DNA of 24,957 nucleotides, from IMG/VR virus record IMGVR_UViG_3300034084_000002, positions 1 through 24,957 of that record. One strand, 5' to 3'. Under the pieces are notes generated by a model that was not told the DNA's origin, ran no database searches, and saw only the letters and a list, made by a program, of their open reading frames with translations. The stretch's first letter is position 1; each line of letters starts with the position of its first letter. This document shows positions 7,581 to 18,266 of the stretch, piece after piece. This DNA is from a virus. Its lineage: Duplodnaviria > Caudoviricetes. The position numbers were made by a program, and so were the translations under genes.

Positions 7581-10121
7581 ATGAAAGTAAGTGGAGCCTA
7601 TACCTCCATCGTTCGCGGTGTGAGCCAGCAGGTGCCCGAGCGCCGCCTTGACGGCCAACATGCCGAGCAAGTCAACATGATTTCTGACCCGGTGGAGGGG
7701 CTCTCCCGCCGCCGTGGTACGGATCACGTCATCGACATCCCGTTGTTCACGGGCGCGACCGCAGCGAGCAAGGCGGATCACCGCAGCTTCCTGCGGCACA
7801 GCTTCTCCATCACGACCAGTGAGTACGACTTGCTGTATCGCGGTGCCGCCAAAGTGGTTGGGTCGTCTGTCGGCCTGCTGCACTGCTTCAACAAAGGCAC
7901 ATCGGCCAACGTGCCCATCGTCACCGCCGCAGGCGACACGGCCATAGCTGGCATGCTGGAGGCTGGCCTTGTTGGTGTTGCTCAGGTTGGGCGCTACCTA
8001 GTCATGCCGAGCAAGACGCATGTGCCCACGGGCGTTGCCACCGACCTATTCAGCGTGTCGTCCAACATCCGCTACGGCGCGGTATGGCTACGCGGCGGCG
8101 CGTACTCCCGCACCTTCAAGGTGACTGTAGTGATCGGCACCACTCCGTACGCGGTGTCGTACACCACGCCGTCCAGCAGCTACCCGGGCACGCTCACGAC
8201 CAGCGACATCCTCGCGTCTGACCCCGAGTACCAGAAGAAGGTCAACGACCGCGTGAACGCGTACAACAGCGCAGTCACCAACTGGATCGGCACAGCCGCT
8301 GCTGCGATCCAGCCGCAGGCCATCGCGCAGGAGCTTGCGAACTTGCTCATCGCAGCTGGTGCTACCACCATCACGGTGTCGGGTAGCCACATCCTTCTAG
8401 ACAACACTGGCCTCACCTCCATCACAGCAACGGACTCCGGCGACGGCTCGCTAATCCGAGCAGTGCACCAGGATGTGGAGGCTGCGAACTTCGTCACGGG
8501 ACAGCACCGCATCGGCAAAATCGTCAAGGTGCAGGCCGTGAAGGACGCCCCGGCGTACTACTTGAAGGCTATCGCACGCGTGCCATCAGCCACGGGCTGG
8601 GGCGAAGTGACATGGGAAGAGGCCGCAAGTTCCTCATTCGTGGCCGGGGCATGGTTCGCCATCGGCACGGTGAATGCGGGCTCGTTCTATGTAGCCAGTA
8701 CCCCGGCGCTGCTGCGCAGTCTCATTCCAACCCTCGACCTACCGGACATCGAGCCGCGTCATGTTGGCGACCCCGATACGAACAAGGCCCCGTACTTCAT
8801 TGACCAACCGATCACGTACATAGGTGCGTTCCAGGACCGGCTTGTAGTGGCTGCTGGTCCAGTGATTACTATGAGTGAGGTGGGCAACTACTTCAACTTC
8901 TTCCGCACATCCGTGCTGACTGTTGTTGATTCAGACCCCGTGGAGGTGTACGCAATCGGCAGCGAGAACGACACCATCCGGCGTAGCGTCGTGTTCGACA
9001 AGTCTCTGCTACTCTTCGGAGATAAACGGCAGTACAGCATCAATGGGCGGGTGCCAGTCACCCCAGCGACAACCTCGGTGATCCAATCGAGTGCCCATGA
9101 GGATGCTACCGAGGCGGCACCGCTAGCCAACGGCGACCTCATCTTCTACATGAAGCAGCGTGAGGGTGTTTGCGGTGCGTTCCAGATTGCCATCGGGGAT
9201 GTGAGCGACACGAGCAATAGCACCGAGGTGACGCAGCAACTGTACGACTACATCCCCGGCACGCCGCTGGAGTTGCTGGCGACTACAGCCCCGCACATGC
9301 TGTTCGCTCGTACGAACTCCGACTTCTCCACGATCTACACGTACCGCTACCTCGACGACCAGTCAGGGCGGCAGCGCTTGCTGGACTCTTGGAGTCGCTG
9401 GACGTTCAACGCCGCGCTGGGTGACCTCATCGGCATGTCCATTCATCAGGGCATGCTCCTGCTGTACTTCTCCCGCACGGGTCTAGACGCCAGCGGTGTG
9501 ATGCGTACATGGCTCTCAGTTGATCGCGCATCCCTGCGCTCGAAGATCAACCACAAGCCGTACCTCGACAGTGCTCGACCATACACCAGTGTCGCAACAG
9601 GCGCGGCTGACCGCTGCTGGCATACGCAGGCGGGCATCAGTACCGCCTACGATAACAGCAGCACCGCATGGCTACAGGGCACAGCGTCGCTGGCTGACGT
9701 GCCCGCAATGGCAGCGGAGTTCCCTGCAGTACCAACGTCGGCCCTCGTGTCCGGCACCCCGTTCGACTCGTACATCGACCTGACGAATCCGTACACGCGG
9801 GACCGCAGCGGCACTGCCATCGTGACTGGGCGGCTGACCGTCACCCGATTCACTGCGTCGTACTCCAACACCGCTGCACTCCGGGCGCACCTAACCACGC
9901 CGTTCAGCTACGAGCAAGTTCTGGACTTCAACGGTAGGGTGCTCGGCTCGTCTAACAACATCGTTGGCGTGCAGCCCGTAAGCCGGGGGCAGATCCCAAT
10001 CTTCGTCGGCAGGGAGGTACGTGACTTCACACTGCGTGTAAGCTCACGTGACTGGTATCCAGCGACGCTGACTGGCATCGAGTGGACAGGCCAGTATTTC
10101 TACAACGCAAAGAGGGTTTAA
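7581..10121 (+). CDS. Tail tubular protein B (T7 gp12-like nozzle)
   Basis: 846 aa; GVSQQ...EQVNMISDPVEGLSRRRG, GDPDTNKAPYF, FQDRL, YFNFFRTS, SWSRW motifs. Confidence 0.96.
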   Translation: MKVSGAYTSIVRGVSQQVPERRLDGQHAEQVNMISDPVEGLSRRRGTDHVIDIPLFTGATAASKADHRSFLRHSFSITTSEYDLLYRGAAKVVGSSVGLLHCFNKGTSANVPIVTAAGDTAIAGMLEAGLVGVAQVGRYLVMPSKTHVPTGVATDLFSVSSNIRYGAVWLRGGAYSRTFKVTVVIGTTPYAVSYTTPSSSYPGTLTTSDILASDPEYQKKVNDRVNAYNSAVTNWIGTAAAAIQPQAIAQELANLLIAAGATTITVSGSHILLDNTGLTSITATDSGDGSLIRAVHQDVEAANFVTGQHRIGKIVKVQAVKDAPAYYLKAIARVPSATGWGEVTWEEAASSSFVAGAWFAIGTVNAGSFYVASTPALLRSLIPTLDLPDIEPRHVGDPDTNKAPYFIDQPITYIGAFQDRLVVAAGPVITMSEVGNYFNFFRTSVLTVVDSDPVEVYAIGSENDTIRRSVVFDKSLLLFGDKRQYSINGRVPVTPATTSVIQSSAHEDATEAAPLANGDLIFYMKQREGVCGAFQIAIGDVSDTSNSTEVTQQLYDYIPGTPLELLATTAPHMLFARTNSDFSTIYTYRYLDDQSGRQRLLDSWSRWTFNAALGDLIGMSIHQGMLLLYFSRTGLDASGVMRTWLSVDRASLRSKINHKPYLDSARPYTSVATGAADRCWHTQAGISTAYDNSSTAWLQGTASLADVPAMAAEFPAVPTSALVSGTPFDSYIDLTNPYTRDRSGTAIVTGRLTVTRFTASYSNTAALRAHLTTPFSYEQVLDFNGRVLGSSNNIVGVQPVSRGQIPIFVGREVRDFTLRVSSRDWYPATLTGIEWTGQYFYNAKRV

Positions 10122-10123
10122 CT

Positions 10124-10882
10124 ATGATTTGGATGGCGGTGGCCCAAATTGGCATGTCGATGATGGCAGGCGCGGCCAAGCGGGGGGCGGAGCGTGCGCA
10201 AAACACTATCGCCGACGCGGAGGCGGCAGCAGCAAACACTATTAGGGAGGGCAAAAATGAGCAGCGTGCGGCAGAGGGCACCCTCGCTCGCTTCATGCAG
10301 AACGAGAATAACAACCGGAGACTCCGTGCTGCTGGGCAGCAACTCGCGGCAGGGCAGCAGACGCTACAGCGCATGCGTGACAGCAACGTCACCGCGAGCG
10401 TTGAGCAGCAGTTGCAGGAGGCCGAGGCACTGGGTGCGCAGGCAGCGCATGGGGCGCAGATGGGCACGGCGGGTAACGCGGTTGACATGATCGACATCGC
10501 TACCCGCCTGCGCCAGTCTCGTATCCAGCAGAACAAGAAACAGCAGCAGGGCTACGTTGACTACGACACCATCCAGCAGATCGCCGGGGTCATGCCGCAG
10601 GCCATACAGGGGCTGGACGCCTCCGTTATCCAAGACGGCCTTGACTACAGTGTTAACCAGTCACAGGCCAAGCCGATTACTGGCAACGCCATATTCGACG
10701 CCCTGAGTAGCCCCGGTATGGCCGGCCTCGTAGGGTCCTTCTCGGGTACGCCAACGCCGCAAGGTGGCAGCCCAGCGCAGGGCATGACGATGGGATCGAG
10801 TGGGGAGGGCTTCAAGCCACCTCGCTCATCGTTCGGCTTCAATCCGGGCGCATCGAGTTCCAGCATCCGATTGTACAATTAA
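10124..10882 (+). CDS. Internal virion protein (T7 gp14-like ejection protein), 252 aa
   Basis: ATG 10124 after GAGG; hydrophobic N-terminus MIWMAVAQIG, Gln/Ala-rich helical body; first of three genes after tail tubular B. Confidence 0.85.
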   Translation: MIWMAVAQIGMSMMAGAAKRGAERAQNTIADAEAAAANTIREGKNEQRAAEGTLARFMQNENNNRRLRAAGQQLAAGQQTLQRMRDSNVTASVEQQLQEAEALGAQAAHGAQMGTAGNAVDMIDIATRLRQSRIQQNKKQQQGYVDYDTIQQIAGVMPQAIQGLDASVIQDGLDYSVNQSQAKPITGNAIFDALSSPGMAGLVGSFSGTPTPQGGSPAQGMTMGSSGEGFKPPRSSFGFNPGASSSSIRLYN

Positions 10883-10894
10883 TAAGGAGGGCCT

Positions 10895-13384
10895 ATGTGG
10901 TCAGGGTATTCAGAAACAGGCCAAGGGTCTGAGGAGCGTGGCCCCGGTGGCTTCTCGTTTTCACCAACCGGGGTGCCGGAGGCCCGCGTAGCGGGCAGCA
11001 CGGCAGTGCAGATGCAGGGCGGAGTTAAGGGGCCGCAAGCCCCGGGCATTACCGCCCCATCCATCAGTATCTCGCAGGAGGCAGACCCTACCCTCGGCGT
11101 CCTGATGAAGCTGGGCAACGACATGATCGCCCCCCGCCTCAAGAAGATGCAGGAGGAAAAGTTCCTACAGGGCATGCAGCGGGCGGCTAGCGGTGAGGCG
11201 TACGCTGACATCGTGAACGACCAGCCGTGGTACACCCGTATCTACGGTGAGGGCGCGGTGGTCGAAGGCGCACAGGCGTACGAGGTCCAGAGCAAAGTGG
11301 AGAAGTGGGCGGGTGCTCACGAGGCGAACATGGGTGCCCTGCGCACGCAGTCGCCTGACCAGATTCCCGGCTACCTCATGAAGTCAATGGACAGCGTGAT
11401 GACTGGTGATCCGTCTATCGACACGCTGATCCGGGGCAACCTCACGCGGGTCCTGCCGCAGCTCATGAAGGTGCACACGAAGGAGCACTTCAAGTACCAG
11501 CAAGAGAACATGGTCACCCAGCAGGCCGCTGCTATCAACGCGGCGGCTGACAACGTGCAGATTGCCCGCACGTCCACTACAGATGTGCACACCGCCGAGG
11601 CGCTGGAGCAGCGCGAGGTCGCCCTACTTGCCACAGCGACGCCGCCGGATGGGCAAGACCCCACGGCGTACTTGAAGAATGTAAAGGCGGTGATCGTAGA
11701 GCAGGCACAGAAGGGAAACTTCCACGCCGTCAACGTGTTCCGCAGGGGCGGCGTGCTCGGCGCTATGAAGCCAGAGGATCGCGTGCAACTTGAGGCACAG
11801 ATCGACGCGTACTCCTCGTATCATCGGCAGAAGGGCATGACCGGAGACTGGCTCATCCGCGCAGAGCAGTTGAAGGCGCAGGCGCTCGCACAGGGTGCAG
11901 AGGCTGTCAGCCCCGCCGTGTACCGCGCCAACGTGGGGGCCCTCAATGCGGACTACACGCGGGCTACAGGAAACCCTGACCCGCTGGTAACGCCGCCAGC
12001 CGAGGCACACATTGTGGGCACTGCCCTAGCCCACCAGTACGCAGCGCAGTTCCAAGAGGGCCAGCGGGCGTTAACCGCGCAGCGGGTGGCAGCAACCGCC
12101 GATGCGAAGGCGGCAGCAAAAGCCATGCTGGTGAACAACATCGCGCTGGCCGCTGCCCGTGGGGACATGACGCTGGTGGCTACTACGCACGCGGCGACGG
12201 AGGCGGAGCAGGACGAGGGCTTCATGCAGGCGTTCAACACCTTCGCCCCGAAAGACGGGGCGCTCATGTCCAATGAGCAGGTGCGGCTGCTTGTCAACTC
12301 CGCACAGGGGCAGGGCGGGTATGTCAACAAGATGTTGAAGGCTCGCCTCACTGCGGGACTGGAGGCCCCAGCAGAGCTGCCGACACCGCAGTTCCAACAG
12401 CAGTACGCGCAGTGGCAGGCGCTCTATCTGCAGAAGGACGGTGCGGCTGCTCGGATGAAATACTACACGCCTGACGTGGACGCTCGCATGCTCTCCTTTC
12501 ACCAAGGTATGCAGGGGCAGACCATAGACGCAGCACCATTTGTGTATCAGCAGACCATGCTGTCGCAGGGCAAGCGCGTGTCACTTGACAAGACAGAGTG
12601 GAAGAGTATTCGCGGTGCTATCGACGACGCCACCGGCGTGAACGCCCCATACCTACGTGACCTCTTCCCCGGCAAGCTAGGCAACAAGCCCCTCAAGGAA
12701 TCCGCCATCAACGAACTGGCGCGTTTCGCTGGCCCCACGTTGGAACGCTACAAGGCGGCTGGCCTCAAGCCAGAGGAGCTTGCGGAGGCGATGGTGCACA
12801 GCGCCCTCGCCAACGGGGCGGAGACCGCAGCGGGCTACGCGTGGGTAAACCCGAAAGGGACCAAGCCCCTGCGCGAGTTGCTGGGCAAGCAGGGCGTGAG
12901 TCCTGACGTGGTGGCGCACCTATTCGAGCAGGTGCTGGAAACAAAAACAAAAGAGGCCAATCTTGCCACTACGCCCACGGTGCACGCCGTCATCCGCATG
13001 GACGACGAGAACGGGGCAGCACAGTTCAACGTGGTGTACGCAGACGGTGGGCGGTTCAAATCGTTCAACGTGAACTCAGACCAGATGCGGGCCGCATACG
13101 TTGATCCCATCCGGGCAGCGAAGGAAGCAGAAGCCGCTGCGATCAAAGAGGACGAGGCCTCTCGTGGCTGGCGGGTTGGCAAGGAGCTAGCACCACTGTA
13201 CAGTAAGCAACCGACGGGCTACTACGAAGCCCCAGCACAGGCGGCGCGGCAACGCATCCGCTTCCAAGAACGTATCAGCAGCCTGGAGGCCGACCTCGCA
13301 CGCACCCGGGCAGCGAACGCAGACACCCGAGGCATCGAACAGGCGCTTGCGCAGGCCCGAAAGGACTTGGCAGCAGTTAAATAA
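10895..13384 (+). CDS. Internal virion protein (T7 gp15-like)
   Basis: 829 aa, TAAGGAGG RBS, helical Ala/Gln-rich, syntenic position. Confidence 0.85.
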   Translation: MWSGYSETGQGSEERGPGGFSFSPTGVPEARVAGSTAVQMQGGVKGPQAPGITAPSISISQEADPTLGVLMKLGNDMIAPRLKKMQEEKFLQGMQRAASGEAYADIVNDQPWYTRIYGEGAVVEGAQAYEVQSKVEKWAGAHEANMGALRTQSPDQIPGYLMKSMDSVMTGDPSIDTLIRGNLTRVLPQLMKVHTKEHFKYQQENMVTQQAAAINAAADNVQIARTSTTDVHTAEALEQREVALLATATPPDGQDPTAYLKNVKAVIVEQAQKGNFHAVNVFRRGGVLGAMKPEDRVQLEAQIDAYSSYHRQKGMTGDWLIRAEQLKAQALAQGAEAVSPAVYRANVGALNADYTRATGNPDPLVTPPAEAHIVGTALAHQYAAQFQEGQRALTAQRVAATADAKAAAKAMLVNNIALAAARGDMTLVATTHAATEAEQDEGFMQAFNTFAPKDGALMSNEQVRLLVNSAQGQGGYVNKMLKARLTAGLEAPAELPTPQFQQQYAQWQALYLQKDGAAARMKYYTPDVDARMLSFHQGMQGQTIDAAPFVYQQTMLSQGKRVSLDKTEWKSIRGAIDDATGVNAPYLRDLFPGKLGNKPLKESAINELARFAGPTLERYKAAGLKPEELAEAMVHSALANGAETAAGYAWVNPKGTKPLRELLGKQGVSPDVVAHLFEQVLETKTKEANLATTPTVHAVIRMDDENGAAQFNVVYADGGRFKSFNVNSDQMRAAYVDPIRAAKEAEAAAIKEDEASRGWRVGKELAPLYSKQPTGYYEAPAQAARQRIRFQERISSLEADLARTRAANADTRGIEQALAQARKDLAAVK

Positions 13385-13398
13385 ACGAAAGGTAGCAT

Positions 13399-16300
13399 AT
13401 GGAATTAGACGAGTTGAGGGGCCTCCCTCGTGAAGAGGCCATCAAGAAGGTAGCGGCGTTTGCAGGGATCAGCCCCGAAACCGTCTATGGGCACTGGCGT
13501 GTGGAGTCTGACAGCGGGCAACACCCGACGATGATTAACCCGAAGTCTACGGCTAAGGGGCACATGCAGTTCATCGACAAGACGGCTGCAACATGGGAGC
13601 AGCGGCTGGGTAAGAAGTTCGATCGCTTCGACTTCACGGACAGCATGTTCATGTTCGGCCACCAGATGAAGGAGAATATGCAGATCGCTGGAGGTGACGA
13701 GCGCACAGCCAGCGGCATCTTCTACACTGGCGACAAGGCGAAGGTGGGCGATCCTGATGCGCAGGAGTACGTTGCGAAGGTCCACGGCGGCGGGAGCAGC
13801 GCCCCTCGCGCCACGGTGCGCCCCGGGATGGATGTGACTGCGGCGGATGTCCGCAGCTCGTGGCAACCCCCTGCGCCGCCTGCCATGCCGGAGGTGCCCC
13901 GCATCGACCTACCCACGCCCGCTGGCCCCACGGGCGACACTAGCACCCTACGCAAGGCGATTGACTTGGAGGCGAACTTTGTGTCCGACGAGGCGCGGCT
14001 GCGCAACGACGTGCCGTTCTTAGACAAGGTGGCGGCATCGCTGGATCAGCAGCAGGTAGGGATTAAGCGCACGTTTGATCGCCTTGTTGGCAACTACGAG
14101 CAACCTTCCCCAGACGTCGGCTTCGTGCAGGACTACGCTGCGAACTTCGCAACCTACGAGAAGGGCTACAGTGAGGACGAGCGTGACTGGCTCCGTGAGT
14201 CCAAGAGCAAGCCAGAGTACGATGACATCGTGCGGCAGATCACTGACCGTAGGTCCGCTCAGAAGATTATAGGCAGCACCGGGTTCTACTCCGCGATGGG
14301 CGCAAGCCTCGTCGGCGGTGTGCTCGACGTGCAGAACTACGCTGTTGGCTGGGGGACTGCAAAGGCCCTCGGCCTTGCTGGCGTCGGTATGGTCGCCGCC
14401 ACCCGAGCTGGGCAGGGCGTACGTGCTGCCGTCTACGGCGGCGTGGAGCAGGTAGCGGGTAACGTGGCATACGAGGGGCTGCAGGATGTGATGGGCCAGT
14501 ACAAGAGTCTGAACGACTACGGCATCGCAGCAGTTACCAGCCTCCCGTTCGCCGCGATGTTCAGCGTCCCGGCGTACCGAGGTGCGCAGCGTGCGCTAAT
14601 GGAGACCGCACGAGAGAACGTCATTCAGGCGGCAGTGGCGCGGGAGGCTGACCTATTCACGCGGGCCAAGGCCAACCTCGGGCCTGACGCCTCTCCGGAC
14701 GCATTGCGTGCCGAGGCTGACCGCATCCAGACGCAGGACGTGCACGACCACGCGAGCCGCTCGCTGGTCGGACCAACAGATGCTGACACCATTCCTGCAC
14801 ACATCGACGAGGAGGAGCTGGCGAAGGCCCTCAAGGTGCCGGAGGGCGATATGTCCGTTACCCCGACCCTCGGGGAGCAGGCCCCCAGCGCAGAGGTGGC
14901 CCCATTGCGCCTCCGCGTTGAGCAGTTCGACCCAGCACTGAGTAAGGCAGCGGTAGTTGCTGCACCTGACGGGGTTACTCTTGCCCCAAGCGTAACAGGC
15001 AACGCGGGATTCGAGCACTTCGCCTCGGTCATGCGCCCAATTCTGGACGAGTTCCTACCGGGGCATGGCGTGGTGCTTGCCAACACAGCCGCAGTCCCGC
15101 TGCCTGGTGGGCGCACAGGGCGCCCCGCTGGTGTGCACCTGCCCGCCTCTGAGGAGCGCAGCCTGATCGCTATCCAGCCCGCTGACAATGCAGGCGACGT
15201 TATCTCGCACGAGCTAGGCCACATCGTTGACAAGAAGTGGCTCGCTAAGGTTGATCCCGCCATTCGGCAGGGTGTGCACGACTTCATTGATGACTGGACC
15301 GACCTCTTCCACGCACCGGGGCAGGCCGCTCGGGCGATGGCAATGCGGGGGCCAGTGAGCAAGCTGCGTGGTATGGAGTTCGATGAGGTGCTGTCGCTGC
15401 ACGACCAGCTCGTGGACAGCATGGGGCCGAGCTACGTCGCGTACTACGCGCAGGCCAAGGAGTTGATCGCTGAGCAGTTCGCTAAGTACATCAACGCGGG
15501 GGCACTCGGGGAAGGGCCAGCAGCGAACCTCACGCTGCCCCAACTCTTCATCAAGACGGCGCTGGGCTTGGTCACCAAACTGATGGGCCTATTCAAGCGG
15601 GCGAAAGAGGAGGGGCTGATCCGCGCAGACACCCGCATGGAGACGTTCTTCGAGGAGGTGCGCAAGCTGGCGAGGAATGACCGCATGATCGCTGAGACAC
15701 TCAGCGGGATTGAGGGCGCTGACTTCGCTGTGCCCGTTGGTGGCTTCAAGGGACCGCAGATGACACAGCCGCCTGCACCCCGCATCGTTGGGGCTGACTG
15801 GGAGCTGGCTAAGAAGTACCGCCTCGACCTGATGCCACAGACCACGGCGCTGGAGAAAGCTGAGTTCAAGCAGGCGCTGGCAATCTACCGCAAGGCAGAG
15901 GAGTGGAACGTCAACAACCCCCGTGACGACGAGCGCACCAAGATGATGGTGACCAACAGCCTCTTCCAAGGCGCGGCCTCCACAGGCTCGTTGCTGGCCT
16001 TGAGTGACAACCCGGTTGCTCGCATGGTAGCTGGCACCCTGCTGGAGAACACCACGGGTGCAATGGGACGGCGCTCAACGGCGGCGGTTGCGAAGGACAT
16101 GCACGAGCGAGTCTTCATGGGCAACGCCATCAACGAGTACCGTGGGCACTTTGAACTGTGGGCGCAGAGTAATGGAGCTAGCGCACTCAAGACGAAGCTC
16201 GACGCCTTCCACGGTGGCGAAATCTACCCGGCGTTCAACCGCATGGTGGCTCTGGAGATTGAGTCGCGGCGTGTGAACAAAGGCGGCACAGGTGGGCACC

Positions 16301-18240
16301 CTTCGGTGCGTGCAGCGGCGGACGCCATTGAGGGCGCATACGAGCGCATGCGGCTCGCGCAGGTTGACACCAAGACGGTGGGCTGGGCACGCCTGCCGGA
16401 GTCCAGCCGGGGTTACATGACCCACATGCTGAGCCGGGAAAAGGTGGCGACGCTCACACCCAACGAGGAGCGTGCGTTTGTTGAGCACCTTACCGAGCAG
16501 TTCAGGGAGTTGGAGGACTTCGACCCACGGTTCAGTGGGGAGCTTGCCCGCAAGTACCTTGACCACGCGCGTGTGAACGCCAATGGCGGGCACGACATCC
16601 CAGCCAACATCCACAACCCGCAAGCAGCAGAAATGGTACGCGGTGCGCTTGAGGCCATGAACATGAACCGCGAAGAAGTGGCCGCAGCAATGGGCCGCTA
16701 CTCCGCTGGCGGGGCGTCGCACACCAAGCGGCGGCTCCAGCTAGACCTGACCAAGGAGTACCCCGGCGCAGACGGCGAATCCATCAAACTCGTTGACATC
16801 TTCGAGACGGACCAGTTGCAGTTGCTGCGTGGGTACTCTCGTCGTGTTAGCGGCGAGGTGTCCCTTGCGCAGTTCGGCGTGATGGGTGCACAGGGCATGA
16901 AGCTGCTGCGCCGCTCTCTTGAGTTCGGTGACCACGGCAGCAAGGTGCAGCGCACCCGCGTACTGGAGGCGTTCGACCAAACAGCGGCTGAGTTCCTCGG
17001 CCAGCCTTTCGGCACCTCTGGCGGGAAGTGGCTTGATCGTGCCATGACGGCGAACAGCGTGGCTCGCCTCGGCGGCATGGTGTTCAACCAGATTGGCGAG
17101 ACGGTCAACTTCGCCGCACACCTTGGGGCAGGCCACGCGCTTGCTGGCATCGCCAGTATGCCGCGCATGCGTGCAGAACTCATAGCCCTCTCCAAGGGCG
17201 GCAAGGTGGACGGCGTGCTGTCCAGCATGGAACTGTCCGCTGGGCACTTCGGGGCTGACGGCTACAAGATGGTGATGCCATTCGATGAACCCAACAGCGC
17301 GTACCGTAGCTACGGCCATGACAACGTGACCATGCTGGATCGCGGCCTCCGTGGCCTCTCGCACATTCAAGGAGTGGCGACTGGTTGGAGGATGCTGCAC
17401 GCTGCACAAACACGGGCGGCGGCTGAGCAGATCACGCTCAAGAGCCTGCGGTTCATCCGCGACGGCATTGAGTCAAAGACGCTGGCCGATATGGGCATCA
17501 CCTCCGATGTGGCCGCAGCAATGCGTGCTGACCTCAGCAAGATGGCAACCTTCGATGGGGCAGGCCGGGTGCTGACCTTCGACATCACCAAAGCCAGCGA
17601 CCCTAAAGTCGCAGCGGCGTACACACAGGCGGTACTCCGGGGCAGTCGGCAGATCATCCAAGGTACGTTCGTTGGTGAGACTGGCAAGTGGGCGCATGAC
17701 GGCCTGCTCAAGGTCTTTGCGCAGTTCCGCACCTTCGGCTTAACCTCCATGGAGAAGCAGTGGGCACGAAGCCGCGCCAACCACGGCGTAGCTGGCACGC
17801 TGGGTATCATGCTGGGCGCGATGTCCGCCGTGATCCCCGTGTACTACGCCCGCGTTGCGCTGGCCTCTATTGGACGGCCTGACCGCGAGGAGTACATCGA
17901 GCAGCGCATGCAGCCGGGTGCTCTAGCCCGCGCCCTGCTCAATTACATCCCGCAGGCGGGCCTCGCAGGTGACGTGCTGGATGGGGTGAGCGCGATTGGG
18001 GGCGGGGCCTACAAGGGTCTCACTGGCGAGCAGCTACCCACGTGGGCGCAATCCACTGGTGGCCGCGCAAACCAGCCGCAGGACTTCGTAGGCGGTGTGA
18101 TCGCACCCGCCGCTGGCTACGCCAACGACATCTACAACGTCTTGCAAAACCCCACCGACCCGCACCAAGCTATGAAGCTGCTGCCGGGCAGCACAGCATG
18201 GCCGCTAGTACCGGCGATGAATATGCTGCGACAGGACTAG
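13399..18240 (+). CDS. Large internal virion protein (T7 gp16-like) with N-terminal lytic transglycosylase-like domain and central HExxH motif
   Basis: 1613 aa; WRVESDSG...STAKGHMQF resembles the SLT catalytic E-S and GLMQ motifs; HELGH at aa 604-608; C-terminal FAQFRTFGLTSMEKQ motif; last gene before the tail fibre. Confidence 0.92.
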   Translation: MELDELRGLPREEAIKKVAAFAGISPETVYGHWRVESDSGQHPTMINPKSTAKGHMQFIDKTAATWEQRLGKKFDRFDFTDSMFMFGHQMKENMQIAGGDERTASGIFYTGDKAKVGDPDAQEYVAKVHGGGSSAPRATVRPGMDVTAADVRSSWQPPAPPAMPEVPRIDLPTPAGPTGDTSTLRKAIDLEANFVSDEARLRNDVPFLDKVAASLDQQQVGIKRTFDRLVGNYEQPSPDVGFVQDYAANFATYEKGYSEDERDWLRESKSKPEYDDIVRQITDRRSAQKIIGSTGFYSAMGASLVGGVLDVQNYAVGWGTAKALGLAGVGMVAATRAGQGVRAAVYGGVEQVAGNVAYEGLQDVMGQYKSLNDYGIAAVTSLPFAAMFSVPAYRGAQRALMETARENVIQAAVAREADLFTRAKANLGPDASPDALRAEADRIQTQDVHDHASRSLVGPTDADTIPAHIDEEELAKALKVPEGDMSVTPTLGEQAPSAEVAPLRLRVEQFDPALSKAAVVAAPDGVTLAPSVTGNAGFEHFASVMRPILDEFLPGHGVVLANTAAVPLPGGRTGRPAGVHLPASEERSLIAIQPADNAGDVISHELGHIVDKKWLAKVDPAIRQGVHDFIDDWTDLFHAPGQAARAMAMRGPVSKLRGMEFDEVLSLHDQLVDSMGPSYVAYYAQAKELIAEQFAKYINAGALGEGPAANLTLPQLFIKTALGLVTKLMGLFKRAKEEGLIRADTRMETFFEEVRKLARNDRMIAETLSGIEGADFAVPVGGFKGPQMTQPPAPRIVGADWELAKKYRLDLMPQTTALEKAEFKQALAIYRKAEEWNVNNPRDDERTKMMVTNSLFQGAASTGSLLALSDNPVARMVAGTLLENTTGAMGRRSTAAVAKDMHERVFMGNAINEYRGHFELWAQSNGASALKTKLDAFHGGEIYPAFNRMVALEIESRRVNKGGTGGHPSVRAAADAIEGAYERMRLAQVDTKTVGWARLPESSRGYMTHMLSREKVATLTPNEERAFVEHLTEQFRELEDFDPRFSGELARKYLDHARVNANGGHDIPANIHNPQAAEMVRGALEAMNMNREEVAAAMGRYSAGGASHTKRRLQLDLTKEYPGADGESIKLVDIFETDQLQLLRGYSRRVSGEVSLAQFGVMGAQGMKLLRRSLEFGDHGSKVQRTRVLEAFDQTAAEFLGQPFGTSGGKWLDRAMTANSVARLGGMVFNQIGETVNFAAHLGAGHALAGIASMPRMRAELIALSKGGKVDGVLSSMELSAGHFGADGYKMVMPFDEPNSAYRSYGHDNVTMLDRGLRGLSHIQGVATGWRMLHAAQTRAAAEQITLKSLRFIRDGIESKTLADMGITSDVAAAMRADLSKMATFDGAGRVLTFDITKASDPKVAAAYTQAVLRGSRQIIQGTFVGETGKWAHDGLLKVFAQFRTFGLTSMEKQWARSRANHGVAGTLGIMLGAMSAVIPVYYARVALASIGRPDREEYIEQRMQPGALARALLNYIPQAGLAGDVLDGVSAIGGGAYKGLTGEQLPTWAQSTGGRANQPQDFVGGVIAPAAGYANDIYNVLQNPTDPHQAMKLLPGSTAWPLVPAMNMLRQD

Positions 18241-18266
18241 AGGTAAGGGCTTCGGCCCTTACTTTT
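18241..18266 (+). terminator. Intrinsic terminator after gp16-like gene
   Basis: GTAAGGGC-TTCG-GCCCTTAC perfect 8-bp stem with C(UUCG)G tetraloop followed by TTTT. Confidence 0.8.

Noticed and set aside
10871-10887. TTGTACAATTAATAAGG resembling the phage promoter upstream of the gp15-like gene
   Set aside because: Needs an indel and several mismatches against an otherwise invariant 14-mer; explained by stop codon plus RBS.
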